From positions 1-21,940 of the forward strand of contig JBHJHA010000004.1 of assembly GCA_050331235.1 (NCBI GenBank): a stretch of DNA of 21,940 nt, given 5' to 3'. Below, one piece after another: positions 7,243 through 16,942 of this stretch (position 1 is the first letter of the stretch; each line of letters begins with the position of its first letter). Source of the DNA: Leptolyngbyaceae cyanobacterium (GTDB taxonomy: Bacteria > Cyanobacteriota > Cyanobacteriia > Phormidesmidales > Phormidesmidaceae). The translations under genes and the position numbers were made by a program. Under the pieces are notes generated by a model. That model saw only the letters and a program-made list of their open reading frames with translations, searched no databases and was not told where the DNA came from.

Positions 7243-8607
7243 ACGCCGTGCCAAGATCTCCTCCACCCGGGGACCATCCACAGCGGTGACTGTCCATTCA
7301 AAATCTTCATACAGCACTTTGTCACCAATGGCCGGAATCTTCTGCAGTTGATGAATGAGAAATCCGGCAAGGGTTTGGTAATCCTCTTCAAGTGGCAGGT
7401 GAACCCCTAGCAGCTCATTAATCTCTTCAATATAGGTTTGCGCTTTAACCCGATACGACTGATCGTCCAGCATGCTGACAAGCACTTCGACGTCTTCTTC
7501 CAGATCATGACTGTCACCGATGATCTCACCCGTCACGTCAGCGAGGGTCAGCAGGCCCGCCGTGCCGCCAAATTCGTCCACGACCATAACCATGGACTTG
7601 CCTGACCGCTGCATAATTTGCAGGAGGTCGTGGAGTTGAGTGTATTCCGGCACAAAGCGCGCAGGGCGAACCCAATGGCTAATCAGACTCTCAGCGGTCG
7701 CCTCATGGTGCGCCAGCGGTGCCACCAGATCCTTAAGGGATAAAATACCCGCCACATCATCCAGCGATTCGCCAATGACCGGCAGCTGAGAATGCCCGGT
7801 ATCAGCAATCAAATCAAGGGCCTGTTGGAGGGTAGCGGTCTTAGACAATGCCGTAATCTGCGTTCGCGGAATCATCACTTCCCCAGCAGTGACATCACGA
7901 AACTCGAAGACATTGTTGAGGAGTTCTCGTTCTTCTTCATCTAGCCCTGGTGATTCTGTTGAGGTCCGGATAATGAGCTGCAGCTCCTCTGGTGTTACGC
8001 GGCTGTACCAGCTCTGGCTGCCAGTATATTGGATGCCAAAGAGACGGAGAAGCCAACGGGTCGATTGGTTGAGCACCCAAACAAAGGGCATAAACAGCCG
8101 CGAAATGGTCAGGCTCGGCGGACCAAATAAGCGGGCTAGGCGCTCGGGGTAGAGCATGGCAACGGCTTTGGGACTCAGCTCACCCAGCACTATTTGCAAA
8201 TAGGCAATGATGACAAAGGCCAGCGGGATAGCGATGGAGTGCGCGATCGCCGTCACAAACGGTATGGTTAGCGAGATCTGGTGAAAGAATTGCAGCAGCA
8301 CTGCGGCAATGGTCGATTCGCCAATCCATCCTAGGGCTAAGCTAGACAGGGTAATGCCAATTTGGGTGGTCGAGAGCAGCTGATCCAGGCTGCGCTGAAA
8401 ACTCTGGACCGTCCGGGCCTGGATGTCACCCGCTTCGGCCAGTTGATTGATCCGCGATCGCCGCACCGAGACGATGGAAAACTCCGCGGCCACAAAAAAT
8501 GCGTTGATGCCAATCAGGGCTAGCACCGCCAATAATCGAGCCGCGATCGCCATCCCCGATAAATCAGGCGCGGCAGTCGGCAGCAGCACATCCGTCTGGG
8601 CAAGCAT
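7234..8607 (-). CDS. HlyC/CorC (CNNM-like) hemolysin-family transporter with CBS pair and CorC_HlyC domain
   Basis: NAFFVAAEFSIVSVRRSRI, TQIGITLSSLALGWIGE, GELSPK, EVMIPR, VVDEFGGTAGLLT and YQTLAGF. The start is uncertain (TTG 8655 or ATG 8607). Confidence 0.94.
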   Translation of the reverse strand: MLAQTDVLLPTAAPDLSGMAIAARLLAVLALIGINAFFVAAEFSIVSVRRSRINQLAEAGDIQARTVQSFQRSLDQLLSTTQIGITLSSLALGWIGESTIAAVLLQFFHQISLTIPFVTAIAHSIAIPLAFVIIAYLQIVLGELSPKAVAMLYPERLARLFGPPSLTISRLFMPFVWVLNQSTRWLLRLFGIQYTGSQSWYSRVTPEELQLIIRTSTESPGLDEEERELLNNVFEFRDVTAGEVMIPRTQITALSKTATLQQALDLIADTGHSQLPVIGESLDDVAGILSLKDLVAPLAHHEATAESLISHWVRPARFVPEYTQLHDLLQIMQRSGKSMVMVVDEFGGTAGLLTLADVTGEIIGDSHDLEEDVEVLVSMLDDQSYRVKAQTYIEEINELLGVHLPLEEDYQTLAGFLIHQLQKIPAIGDKVLYEDFEWTVTAVDGPRVEEILARRLR

Positions 8608-8803
8608 TATGACCGTGAAAAGGAAAGAATCAAGGAGCGATCGGTAGGCTGACAATACACAATGGTAATGATAGCGCGCAGCACTGCGATGGGCAAACGT
8701 CGACGCTCACACCAATAGGGGGCGATGATGGCAGCCTTGCCCATCCCGACGACTACGGCAAAACGCCTACACCTATGGAAAAACATCATAATTTGTCGCC
8801 AAG

Positions 8804-9070
8804 CTATTGCCCTGCATTGACTGGAGTACCCGACATCCGGAGCTGCGACTCGCGAATGATGTCCGGCTCACTGAGCAACATTGAACCATCGCCAGAGGCC
8901 GGGGTGGCTTGGTTAGAGGCGGCACTACTAGTGGGTCGGGCATCAGGCTGGCGAACCCCTGTGAGCGCTTGACGGCCTAGCGCGTAGCCCCACGAAGAGC
9001 TCACGACGCCGGCCCCGACCATGAGCGCTAATAACACCGTCGTAAAGGCAACTGCAGGACTGATTCCCAT
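8804..9070 (-). CDS. Small cyanobacterial membrane-anchored hypothetical protein
   Basis: One N-terminal hydrophobic helix followed by WGYALGRQALTGVRQPDARP. Co-oriented between the PPOX and CorC genes, with GGAG upstream. Alternative start GTG 9082. Confidence 0.75.
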   Translation of the reverse strand: MGISPAVAFTTVLLALMVGAGVVSSSWGYALGRQALTGVRQPDARPTSSAASNQATPASGDGSMLLSEPDIIRESQLRMSGTPVNAGQ

Positions 9071-9192
9071 GCCAGCAAACACTCCAAGTCTGTGTGCTCA
9101 CATATCATATTAGGTCTTTCTATTTGCGACCAGTGACCTAGTTGATAAGTTGCAACGCTTGGATGAGGCCCGGCGGCACAATAGTGGTGAGC

Positions 9193-9786
9193 TCAAGGGT
9201 TGACCTCGGCAGTTTGCCAGCTCCAATCAGCTTGTCGGCGGTACTGATAGCGATTTTGGGGCGCGCCGCGAAGTTCGAGGTGATCCACAAAATCTGGCTC
9301 AAAGACTAGCACTGCAAAAGTGGAGAGGGGAGGAGACTCACTCAGATCAACCGGATCATAGCCAGTTTGTACTCTTGGTAGACCGGGTTCAGGCCAGGCA
9401 AACTGTTGACGACTGTTTTCTGACAGCTTTTCCCAGGCGCGATCGCGAATTGCTTGGCAGGCAGCATCTTCAAGGCTATCGGTAATGACACTCGTCTCGC
9501 CCCCTAGGCGAAACTGCTCTCGGGTTTCCGTGAAATACCAGCAGAGCTCGGCTGCCGCGGCGCCCTCAATTTGTTCAATTTTTTGGCTTCTGATGTCTGT
9601 GATAAACACTAGCCGATTCGTTTCAGGGACAAAATCGCGGAAGACGACTGTACGATTGGCCGGGCGACCACTGGGCCGCACCGTCGCTAGCTGAGGATAT
9701 CGACTGTAAGCTTTACTCCGGTTGCGATGCAGGGCACGGGCCAAAGGGGTTCGCCAAGGAGCGAGCGGGGAGGACGACACAGGCAA
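9193..9786 (-). CDS. FMN-dependent pyridoxamine 5'-phosphate oxidase-type flavoprotein (Npun_F5749-like)
   Basis: LAPWRTPLARALHRNRS, QLATV...PANRTVVFR, TDIRSQK, CWYFTETREQFRLGG, VDHLELRGAPQNR and terminal EVNP. Confidence 0.92.
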   Translation of the reverse strand: MPVSSSPLAPWRTPLARALHRNRSKAYSRYPQLATVRPSGRPANRTVVFRDFVPETNRLVFITDIRSQKIEQIEGAAAAELCWYFTETREQFRLGGETSVITDSLEDAACQAIRDRAWEKLSENSRQQFAWPEPGLPRVQTGYDPVDLSESPPLSTFAVLVFEPDFVDHLELRGAPQNRYQYRRQADWSWQTAEVNP

Positions 9787-10122
9787 TCAATGTTGACAAC
9801 AGCCTCATCGTAAACAAATCAGAAGCATCCGCGAGCTTCTCAGCGGCCATCACGGAAGATAGATATGCTAGGAAATCCCGTGTCGAATTCCGGATTTGAC
9901 CTAGCATGGTATTCAGGTTTATTCCCAACTGCATGCTTCTTCCCCTTCTGCCCATGAATTTGCATAATCGGCGATCGCGGTGGCAGCCGGGCTTCGGCAG
10001 ACAAACCCAGCAGCGGTTTACAAAATCTGTCACAGATGACAGATTGACCAGATCCCGCAGTTCTCGGCAAGCTGAGTTCAAGTGTCTGTTGTTGCCTCCA
10101 CCATGCCCTGTGTGACTTTGCT

Positions 10123-11265
10123 ATGAGTTTTTCTGCAATTCTGTCTCTACTGGTTGGGTTTGTACTGTTAGTCGCCGGGGCTGAGGGATTTGTGCGCGGG
10201 GCAGCAAAGCTGGCAGCCCTGATCGGCCTATCGCCACTAATCATTGGCCTGACTATTGTGAGCTACGGTACAAGTGCCCCAGAGTTAGCCGTCAGCTTGC
10301 AGGCCAGTCTGCAGGGCCAGCCAGAAATCGCCCTCGGGAATGTCATTGGCAGCAACATCTTCAATATTTTGATGACCTTGGGAATTGCGGCCCTAATTGT
10401 GCCCCTCACGGTAGCTCAACAGCTGATTCGGCTAGATGTCCCCATTATGATTGGCATTACCGGACTGCTCCTGATGTTTGCTGTTGATGGAGAGCTGGGT
10501 CGAGTCGACGGTCTGATTTTGCTGGTTGGCAGCATTCTTTACACGGCATTTCTGGTCTATCAAAGTCGCAAGGAGTCAGACGCAGCAGTTCAGGCTGAGT
10601 ATGAAAAAGAATATGCGGGTAAAGAACGGAGGGGTTGGCCCAGCATTGTGAGAAATCTGGTCACATTGTTTGGGGGGTTAGGCGTTCTTGTCTTTGGGGC
10701 GCATTTGTTGGTCTCATCGGCCACAACGATCGCCACAGCCCTAGGCATTAGTCAGCTCATCATCGGCCTGACCATTGTTGCTATTGGCACCTCTTTGCCA
10801 GAGCTCGCCACATCGGTGGTTGCTTGCTACCGCGGCGAACGAGATATTGCGGTGGGCAACGTCGTCGGTAGCAACATCTTCAATATATTGACTATTCTGG
10901 GAGTGACGGCTTCCTTTGTTGGCGTGCCGGTTTCCAAAGCCGCCATCAGCTTTGACATTCCCGTGATGCTAGCCGTTGCGATTTCGTCGCTTCCGATCTT
11001 TTACACTGGCAACCGCATTTCCCGCTGGGAAGGCATGCTTTTCATCAGCTATTACATGGCCTATACCGCCTATCTGGGGCTCAATGCAGTCGGCCATGAT
11101 CAGCTTGATCTGTTTAGCAACGTCATGTTGCTTTTTGTAATTCCACTCACAGTCATTACCTTATTGACGATTTTGCTTCGGCGTCCCAATGGCCTCACCA
11201 CAGCAAAATCAGTCGGAGCTGCTAGTCAGTCGCCAGAGGAGTCAAAACCATCCCCGAACGACTAG
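10123..11265 (+). CDS. Calcium/sodium antiporter (CaCA superfamily, YrbG-like)
   Basis: Two alpha-repeats (GTSAPE...GNVIGSNIFN and GTSLPE...GNVVGSNIFN) and about 10 TM helices. Confidence 0.95.
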   Translation: MSFSAILSLLVGFVLLVAGAEGFVRGAAKLAALIGLSPLIIGLTIVSYGTSAPELAVSLQASLQGQPEIALGNVIGSNIFNILMTLGIAALIVPLTVAQQLIRLDVPIMIGITGLLLMFAVDGELGRVDGLILLVGSILYTAFLVYQSRKESDAAVQAEYEKEYAGKERRGWPSIVRNLVTLFGGLGVLVFGAHLLVSSATTIATALGISQLIIGLTIVAIGTSLPELATSVVACYRGERDIAVGNVVGSNIFNILTILGVTASFVGVPVSKAAISFDIPVMLAVAISSLPIFYTGNRISRWEGMLFISYYMAYTAYLGLNAVGHDQLDLFSNVMLLFVIPLTVITLLTILLRRPNGLTTAKSVGAASQSPEESKPSPND

Positions 11266-12685
11266 CCACTGTAATCTGGTCTGTCACCGGGGCTGATTGC
11301 GACGTTGCGGCGGAGGTAAACAAGATTTTCCAAGTGGCGGCCCCCCAGGCTGATTGATTGACCGCCACAGCACAATCCTCTTCGCCGCTGTTAATCAAAA
11401 CGACTGTGATTTCTTGGTCCTGCTGTCGCTGGAAGCCATAAAGATTACCGATCGCCAGCAGCGGTCGGTATGCCCCCGTACAGAGGCTGACATATTGATG
11501 CCGTAGGGCAATCAAAGCACGGTGATGCTCCCGGAGTGAGTCCTGCCAATCAGGTTGCGCGGGGAATGTCCGCCGACAGTCGGGGTCTAGGCCACCCGCT
11601 AATCCCACTTCGTCACCATAGTAGATACAGGGGGCCCCGGGAAAGGTCATTTGCAGCATCACTGCCAGCTTCAGACTGGTGATATCATCCCCCATGACCG
11701 TCAGGGCCCGGGCAATGTCATGGCTAGACAGCAGATTGAGCTGTGTCTGATGAATCTCCCATGGATACAGCCCTAGTAAATGCTCGATCTTGGCCTGATA
11801 ACCGGCCGCGTCTAAAGCCGGATAGGGATAATAATCAGGACTTTCCACATGCTCCATCACGACCCGATCGCCCGCCGCAAATGCGATTGTCGGTCCCGTA
11901 AAGACATAGTTCATCACGCCATCAAAGGTCTTGCCGTCCAGCCATTCCACCGCTGGCTGCCAAACTTCTCCAACAATGTATGCCTCTGGGTTGATGGCCT
12001 TGATGCGATCGCGAAATTCCTCCCAAAACCCTGGCGTTTTAACTTCAAATGGGACATCTAAACGCCAGCCATCAATGCCTTGGCGAATCCAATACTCACC
12101 GATGCGCATGATGTACTCTCGTACAGCCGGATTATCATGGTTAAACTGAGGCAGGGCACGGTTGTTGACCCAACTAGCATAGTTAGCTGGCTGGCTACCG
12201 TCATAGGCTGAGAGCGGCCAGTTCTCAATTCGAAACCAATGCAGCCAAGGAGAATGGGGACCATTTTCCAAAATGTCATTAAAGAAGAAAAAGCCTCGGC
12301 TGGCATGGTTAAACACTCCATCTAAGACAATGCGAATGTGGCGTTGATGTGCTGCCTTTAATAAATCCAAAAAGGCGGTATTGCCCCCTAACAGTGGGTC
12401 AACTTGGTAATAATTGTGGGTGTGATAACGATGGTTACACGTCGATTGAAAAATCGGGGTGAGATAAATCGCATCAATCCCGAGATCTTGCAGGTAATCG
12501 AGTTTCTCGGCGATCCCCCACAGGTCGCCGCCCTTGTAGCCAGCTAAGGTTGGAGGCGTATGCCAGGGCTCCAAAGGCACAGACATTTCAGGATTGTCAA
12601 TATGACGCTGAGTCCGAGCAAACCGGTCAGGAAAAATTTGATAGAAGACAGCGTGTTTGACCCATTCTGGCGTCTGGATAGTCAT
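11222..12685 (-). CDS. Glycoside hydrolase family 13 (neopullulanase/cyclomaltodextrinase-like)
   Basis: TPEWVKHAVFYQIFPDRF, GGDLWGI, LDGVFNH, GWRLDV (nucleophile), VGEVW (acid/base), SSHD and IYYGDEVG. ATG 12685 is preferred over 12709. Confidence 0.95.
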   Translation of the reverse strand: MTIQTPEWVKHAVFYQIFPDRFARTQRHIDNPEMSVPLEPWHTPPTLAGYKGGDLWGIAEKLDYLQDLGIDAIYLTPIFQSTCNHRYHTHNYYQVDPLLGGNTAFLDLLKAAHQRHIRIVLDGVFNHASRGFFFFNDILENGPHSPWLHWFRIENWPLSAYDGSQPANYASWVNNRALPQFNHDNPAVREYIMRIGEYWIRQGIDGWRLDVPFEVKTPGFWEEFRDRIKAINPEAYIVGEVWQPAVEWLDGKTFDGVMNYVFTGPTIAFAAGDRVVMEHVESPDYYPYPALDAAGYQAKIEHLLGLYPWEIHQTQLNLLSSHDIARALTVMGDDITSLKLAVMLQMTFPGAPCIYYGDEVGLAGGLDPDCRRTFPAQPDWQDSLREHHRALIALRHQYVSLCTGAYRPLLAIGNLYGFQRQQDQEITVVLINSGEEDCAVAVNQSAWGAATWKILFTSAATSQSAPVTDQITVASRSGMVLTPLATD

Positions 12686-13130
12686 GATGTACTCTCTGGC
12701 TTCACGCATAGGCTAGCGGAAAGCGCTTCAGAAAGGGAGAGCAAATTGAAAGATATTCGTCATTATAGTCAAAAAAATTGAAGCTCCGGTAACCGATGCC
12801 AGGAGATTGGCCAACGGCGTGTCTCAGGCGCAGCAGCTCAGCGATCGCGCCCGTTTAGGCTACATTCAAGTGGAGCTGAGCAACCTTCAGGCATTCACAA
12901 TGCCACAACATCCGACCGTAAACCGCTGACTCCAGAATACAGGCCAGCCTATCCGTAAACTGTCGTAGGCAACAATCTTTAGAATTAAGCATTATTGATT
13001 TCAACCGAGAAACCTCAACATCGAGGGGGAGTCTATCGAAGATTAGATCGCTCTTGTGACAGATGAATGAACGAACCAGCCCGCATAGATTAATAATATT
13101 ATTTGTTCAATTAAATTCAAGTTTACAAAC

Positions 13131-14051
13131 ATGTCAGCAGTTCTAAACACTGTCCAAGAAAGTTTATTAGATATGGTTGCAGCAGGAGTAGAATTCTTTC
13201 CTGCAGCTATTTTATCAGTCATTATTTTAATCGCTGCTCGGTTTAGCGTTAGGCCTGTGAGGCGACTCACGCGCACCGTGGTGGATAAGCTCACCGATAA
13301 TTTTTCGCTCCAGCTGCTGGCAGTTCAGATCGCCAACATTACGGTTTGGATTGCGGCTGTATTATTTGTTTGTATTCTGCTTTTTCCTAATTTGGGCTTG
13401 GGAGACATTATCGCCCTGCTTGGTTTAAGTTCAGTCGCGGTCGGCTTTGCCTTTCAAGACATCTTTAAGAACTTTCTGGCAGGCATATTACTGTTGCTTA
13501 ATCAGCCCTTCAAAGTCAACGATCAAATCATTGTCAATGATTACGAAGGCACTGTCGAGAATATTGACATCCGCTCAACAAAGATTCGCAATTACCAAGG
13601 CGAAATAATCGTAATCCCCAACTCAGTGGTCTTTACCAATCCCATCGAGGTGCTAACCGAAAACTCTAAGCGTCGGACTGATCTATCCATCGGCTTGGAC
13701 TACAATACGCCCCTCGAAAGAGCGCGAGAAGTACTTTACTCGACGGCTTCCCAAGTTGATGGTGTCCTGTCTGAACCTCAAGTAGAAATTGACATTGTTG
13801 AGTTTGGCGGTAGCTCTATCAATTTTGTCGTACGCTATTGGACTCGTCCTCCGCAGGCAATCGTCCGTCGGATCAAGACTCAGGTCATCATGGCATTGAA
13901 AGCCGAGTGCGATCGCGTCGATTTCAATATTCCTTATCCGATCCGGACAGTTTATCACTTCGACCAGCAGCGATTTCATGATGCCGCACCAGTGAGGGCC
14001 GAGCCCTCTGCCAACGGTACGGGTCGGCACGAAAAAGAGCCTGCAAATTAA
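13131..14051 (+). CDS. MscS-family small-conductance mechanosensitive channel
   Basis: VGFAFQDIFKNFLAGILLL..PFKVND, GTVENIDIRST, IVIPNS and FNIPYPIRTV. Confidence 0.94.
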   Translation: MSAVLNTVQESLLDMVAAGVEFFPAAILSVIILIAARFSVRPVRRLTRTVVDKLTDNFSLQLLAVQIANITVWIAAVLFVCILLFPNLGLGDIIALLGLSSVAVGFAFQDIFKNFLAGILLLLNQPFKVNDQIIVNDYEGTVENIDIRSTKIRNYQGEIIVIPNSVVFTNPIEVLTENSKRRTDLSIGLDYNTPLERAREVLYSTASQVDGVLSEPQVEIDIVEFGGSSINFVVRYWTRPPQAIVRRIKTQVIMALKAECDRVDFNIPYPIRTVYHFDQQRFHDAAPVRAEPSANGTGRHEKEPAN

Positions 14052-14171
14052 TCACTCGCTTTTGAGATTTTCTCCCCTTTTTATGTACTTGTGGCCGATA
14101 TATGGAAGGGCCATCTAGGCTAGTGTCTCTCAACAGCAGCATTGTTTATTACGTCTTAGGTTTTCCCATCA

Positions 14172-15263
14172 ATGAAGGAGTGGATTCACCAAATATCCAA
14201 GCTAGCGAGTTCTTTAGATTCCACTTTGGACGATGTTAGGGAGTGGATTGCTCAGTTGTTGAATATTGAAGATCCTTTCCGAGTGCTTCCTTACCGTGGC
14301 TACGGTACCCGAGACAGTTTTTTGGTTAAGGGTCGGGTGCTTAAAGATGAGGGCATCAAGCTGCGAGAGCAGTCTTCATCGATGATTGACAATGTAATCA
14401 AGATGTTCAAGCGATTTGCCACCGATGAAGTCCCCCATGCTCGGTTGCAGGTGCGTTATGGCTCCATCGAAGAAATCGTTACGGCAAATCAGGAGGGATT
14501 TTTTACAATTGAGATTTCACCAAAGTCTCAGCTTCAGGAAGATTGGTGGCGTCTGGTGGATATTTCTTTAATCGAGCCCTGCCCAAAACAAGATTCCGTT
14601 CTAGAACAAGCGGAAGTACTGTTGGTCTCTGATCAAGCTGAGTTTGGCGTTATCAGCGACATCGATGACACCATTGTCCATACGGCAGCTTTTGATTTGC
14701 TAAAAATGATCCGCATTGTCTATTTGGGCAGTGCGGAGTCTCGTCAACCGTTCGAGGGTGTTGCTGATTTTTACACAGCATTGCAGACTGGCCTCGGCTC
14801 TCAACCACAAAACCCGATCTTTTATGTGTCCAGCAGCGCTTGGAATATGTACGACGTATTTGCTCGCTTTATGGAGATCAACCATATTCCCAAGGGACCC
14901 ATGCTGCTAAAGGATATTGAGTTTTCGCTAGAAAGCTTGCTGACGTTTACCCACGAAGCGCACAAGCGTGAGCAAATTGAGCCGATTTTAGAACGTTTTC
15001 CCGAGCTTCCTTTTCTGTTGATCGGCGATAGCGGTCAGCGTGACCCCGAGATCTACAGCCGCTTAGTGGAGCAATATCCTGACCGGATTTTAGCAGTATT
15101 GATCCGCAATGTAGTGCCGTTTGACGGCTGGCGTCGTCAAGAATTAAATGACCTTGGAAAACAAATTACAGCGGCTGGGAGTCAGTTTTTGCTATTTGAA
15201 GAAACTGAGCAAGCTCGAAATTTTGCGATCGCTAATGGCTGGATATCAAATTTTTCACACTGA
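14172..15263 (+). CDS. App1-family (DUF2183) HAD-like phosphatase
   Basis: VISDIDDTI (DxDxT), FYVSSSAWN, GPMLLKD and LIGDSGQRDPEIY...LIRNV. Confidence 0.9.
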   Translation: MKEWIHQISKLASSLDSTLDDVREWIAQLLNIEDPFRVLPYRGYGTRDSFLVKGRVLKDEGIKLREQSSSMIDNVIKMFKRFATDEVPHARLQVRYGSIEEIVTANQEGFFTIEISPKSQLQEDWWRLVDISLIEPCPKQDSVLEQAEVLLVSDQAEFGVISDIDDTIVHTAAFDLLKMIRIVYLGSAESRQPFEGVADFYTALQTGLGSQPQNPIFYVSSSAWNMYDVFARFMEINHIPKGPMLLKDIEFSLESLLTFTHEAHKREQIEPILERFPELPFLLIGDSGQRDPEIYSRLVEQYPDRILAVLIRNVVPFDGWRRQELNDLGKQITAAGSQFLLFEETEQARNFAIANGWISNFSH

Positions 15264-15357
15264 GCGTCATCCCTAGGGGTGATTGCAGACATTTCATTTA
15301 AATTTACGGTGAACTGATGGCTAAATATCTAGCTATCAGTTCACTTTTTTTCACTTC

Positions 15358-16383
15358 ATGTTTGACAGCATTTTTTACAATATTGGCTCATTCATAATTG
15401 CAGCCATTGCGATCGCGGTATTTGGCATTCGATTAACTAAAGTTGCCGACCGCCTCGCCGATAAAACAGGCTTGGGAGAAGCCGTCGTAGGTGCTCTCTT
15501 CTTAGGTGCCGTGACCTCACTACCAGGCATTATTACCTCCGTCTCTTCAGCGGCGAATAACCACCCAGAACTTTCAATCAGTAACGCTCTAGGGGGAATT
15601 GCAGCCCAAACAGTGTTTTTAGCCGTGGCCGATATCGTTTACCCCGCGGCAAATTTAGAACACGCCGCCGCGTCTGCGGCCAACCTATCCCAGGGGACGC
15701 TGCTGATCACCTTATTGGCATTGCACCTATTGGCAGCGTCAGCCCCCTCATTGAGCTTTTTCGGCATTCATCCGGTGTCGATTGTATTGCCCATTGCCTA
15801 CGTCTTTGGGCTGCGACTAGTCTCTAGCGCGAAGGAAACTCCGATGTGGTCTCCCCGGAGGACATCAGAGACTTATGTCGATCAAGTTGACGATAACGAT
15901 GTGGTAAAAGATCGCCTATCGAAGCTCTGGATCAAGCTAGCATTGCTAGCCGGTTTGATCAGTGTGGCCGGTTATGTAGTCGCCCAAACGGGGGCGGCGA
16001 TCGCTGAGCAAACCGGCCTGTCTGAATCTTTTGTTGGGGCTCTGTTTACTGCTGTGTCCACTTCGCTTCCTGAGCTGGTCACCTCCATCGCTGCAGTTAG
16101 ACAAGGGGCATTGGCCCTAGCCGTAGGTGGCATCATCGGCGGCAACAGTTTTGATGTTTTGTTTGTCGCTTTTTCCGATATGGCCTATCGACCCGGGTCG
16201 ATTTATCATGCCCTCACCAATTCTCAAACGTTTATCGTTGCCCTGACCATCTTGATGACCGGAACACTCCTGCTCGGGTTGTTGCGGCGCGAAAAGCACG
16301 GCTTAGGAAATATCGGTTTCGAAAGCTTTCTCATCATCGTTCTCTATCTGGGTGGGGTGGCCATGATTTTTGCTACGGGCTGA
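15358..16383 (+). CDS. Second sodium:calcium antiporter (CaCA superfamily, divergent subfamily)
   Basis: Alpha-repeats VTSLPG...SNALGGIAAQT and STSLPE...GGIIGGNSFD; polytopic membrane protein. Confidence 0.9.
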   Translation: MFDSIFYNIGSFIIAAIAIAVFGIRLTKVADRLADKTGLGEAVVGALFLGAVTSLPGIITSVSSAANNHPELSISNALGGIAAQTVFLAVADIVYPAANLEHAAASAANLSQGTLLITLLALHLLAASAPSLSFFGIHPVSIVLPIAYVFGLRLVSSAKETPMWSPRRTSETYVDQVDDNDVVKDRLSKLWIKLALLAGLISVAGYVVAQTGAAIAEQTGLSESFVGALFTAVSTSLPELVTSIAAVRQGALALAVGGIIGGNSFDVLFVAFSDMAYRPGSIYHALTNSQTFIVALTILMTGTLLLGLLRREKHGLGNIGFESFLIIVLYLGGVAMIFATG

Positions 16384-16434
16384 CCGATCCTTTGGGCAAC
16401 TTAACCTCCCCCCTCCGATGCCATTGCAGTTGCT

Positions 16435-16483
16435 GACTCAAACGGGTGACTTCTATAGAGTTCTACAACCAACCGTTTGAGTC
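16435..16483. repeat. Inverted repeat / stem-loop downstream of the antiporter
   Basis: GACTCAAACGG (16435-16445) and CCGTTTGAGTC (16473-16483) form a perfect 11-bp stem. Confidence 0.55.
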
Positions 16484-16511
16484 CGTCGGCTCGATCAGCA
16501 TTCCGTTGGCA

Positions 16512-16529
16512 ACGTCAGTTCGGGTTTAG
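16512..16529. mobile_element. Solo IS982-like terminal inverted repeat
   Basis: ACGTCAGTTCGGGTTTAG matches the reverse complement of the IS982 end at 121-138 at 14/18. No partner IR or transposase is seen. Confidence 0.5.
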
Positions 16530-16922
16530 TAAATCTCCAAGCTAATCAGTCATCCGGGTGGCGGATTTTCCCGCCTGCTGAGCACTCCTCTGAAGCGGGA
16601 ATGGCGTACTAATTGATCCCAAAAATCTCCCGATCTCAGGTTTCGTAAAGTCGTTTTTTATCGGTGGTTTGGGCCGCTTTTGCATTACCGACTTCATCGA
16701 TGAGGCTCATTCCCCCTTGACCGGGCTCTGTATGTTTGCGATTGCTTGAGACAAGACCTTGGCAATTTTTCATCTCATCTAGCATTGCTGACTGTGAACA
16801 AACGGAAGATTGCTTCAACTCGCACGCTGTCAACATACCTTGATAAACCAGTAGAGGCTCGGTAGCGTGACGTGGGGTAAAAATCCATAAAACCACTGGG
16901 AATCCGCATGATTTTGCTGTCA

Positions 16923-16942
16923 GATGTAAGATGGAATACATC
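16923..16942. promoter_or_regulatory. Putative NtcA binding site upstream of the fasciclin gene
   Basis: GATGTA-AGATGGAA-TACATC is GTA-N8-TAC with a 6-bp palindromic arm, about 95 bp upstream of ATG 17035. Confidence 0.6.

Noticed and set aside
9713..10244. ORFs 9713-10081 (-), 9840-10244 (-) and 9906-10115 (+)
   Set aside because: They overlap real genes or the divergent promoter region, have atypical composition, and show no motifs.
12780..12929. Short + frame reading ...AQQLSDRARLGYIQVELSNL..., reminiscent of a TPR fragment
   Set aside because: Too short, no well-placed start, and the similarity is only impressionistic.
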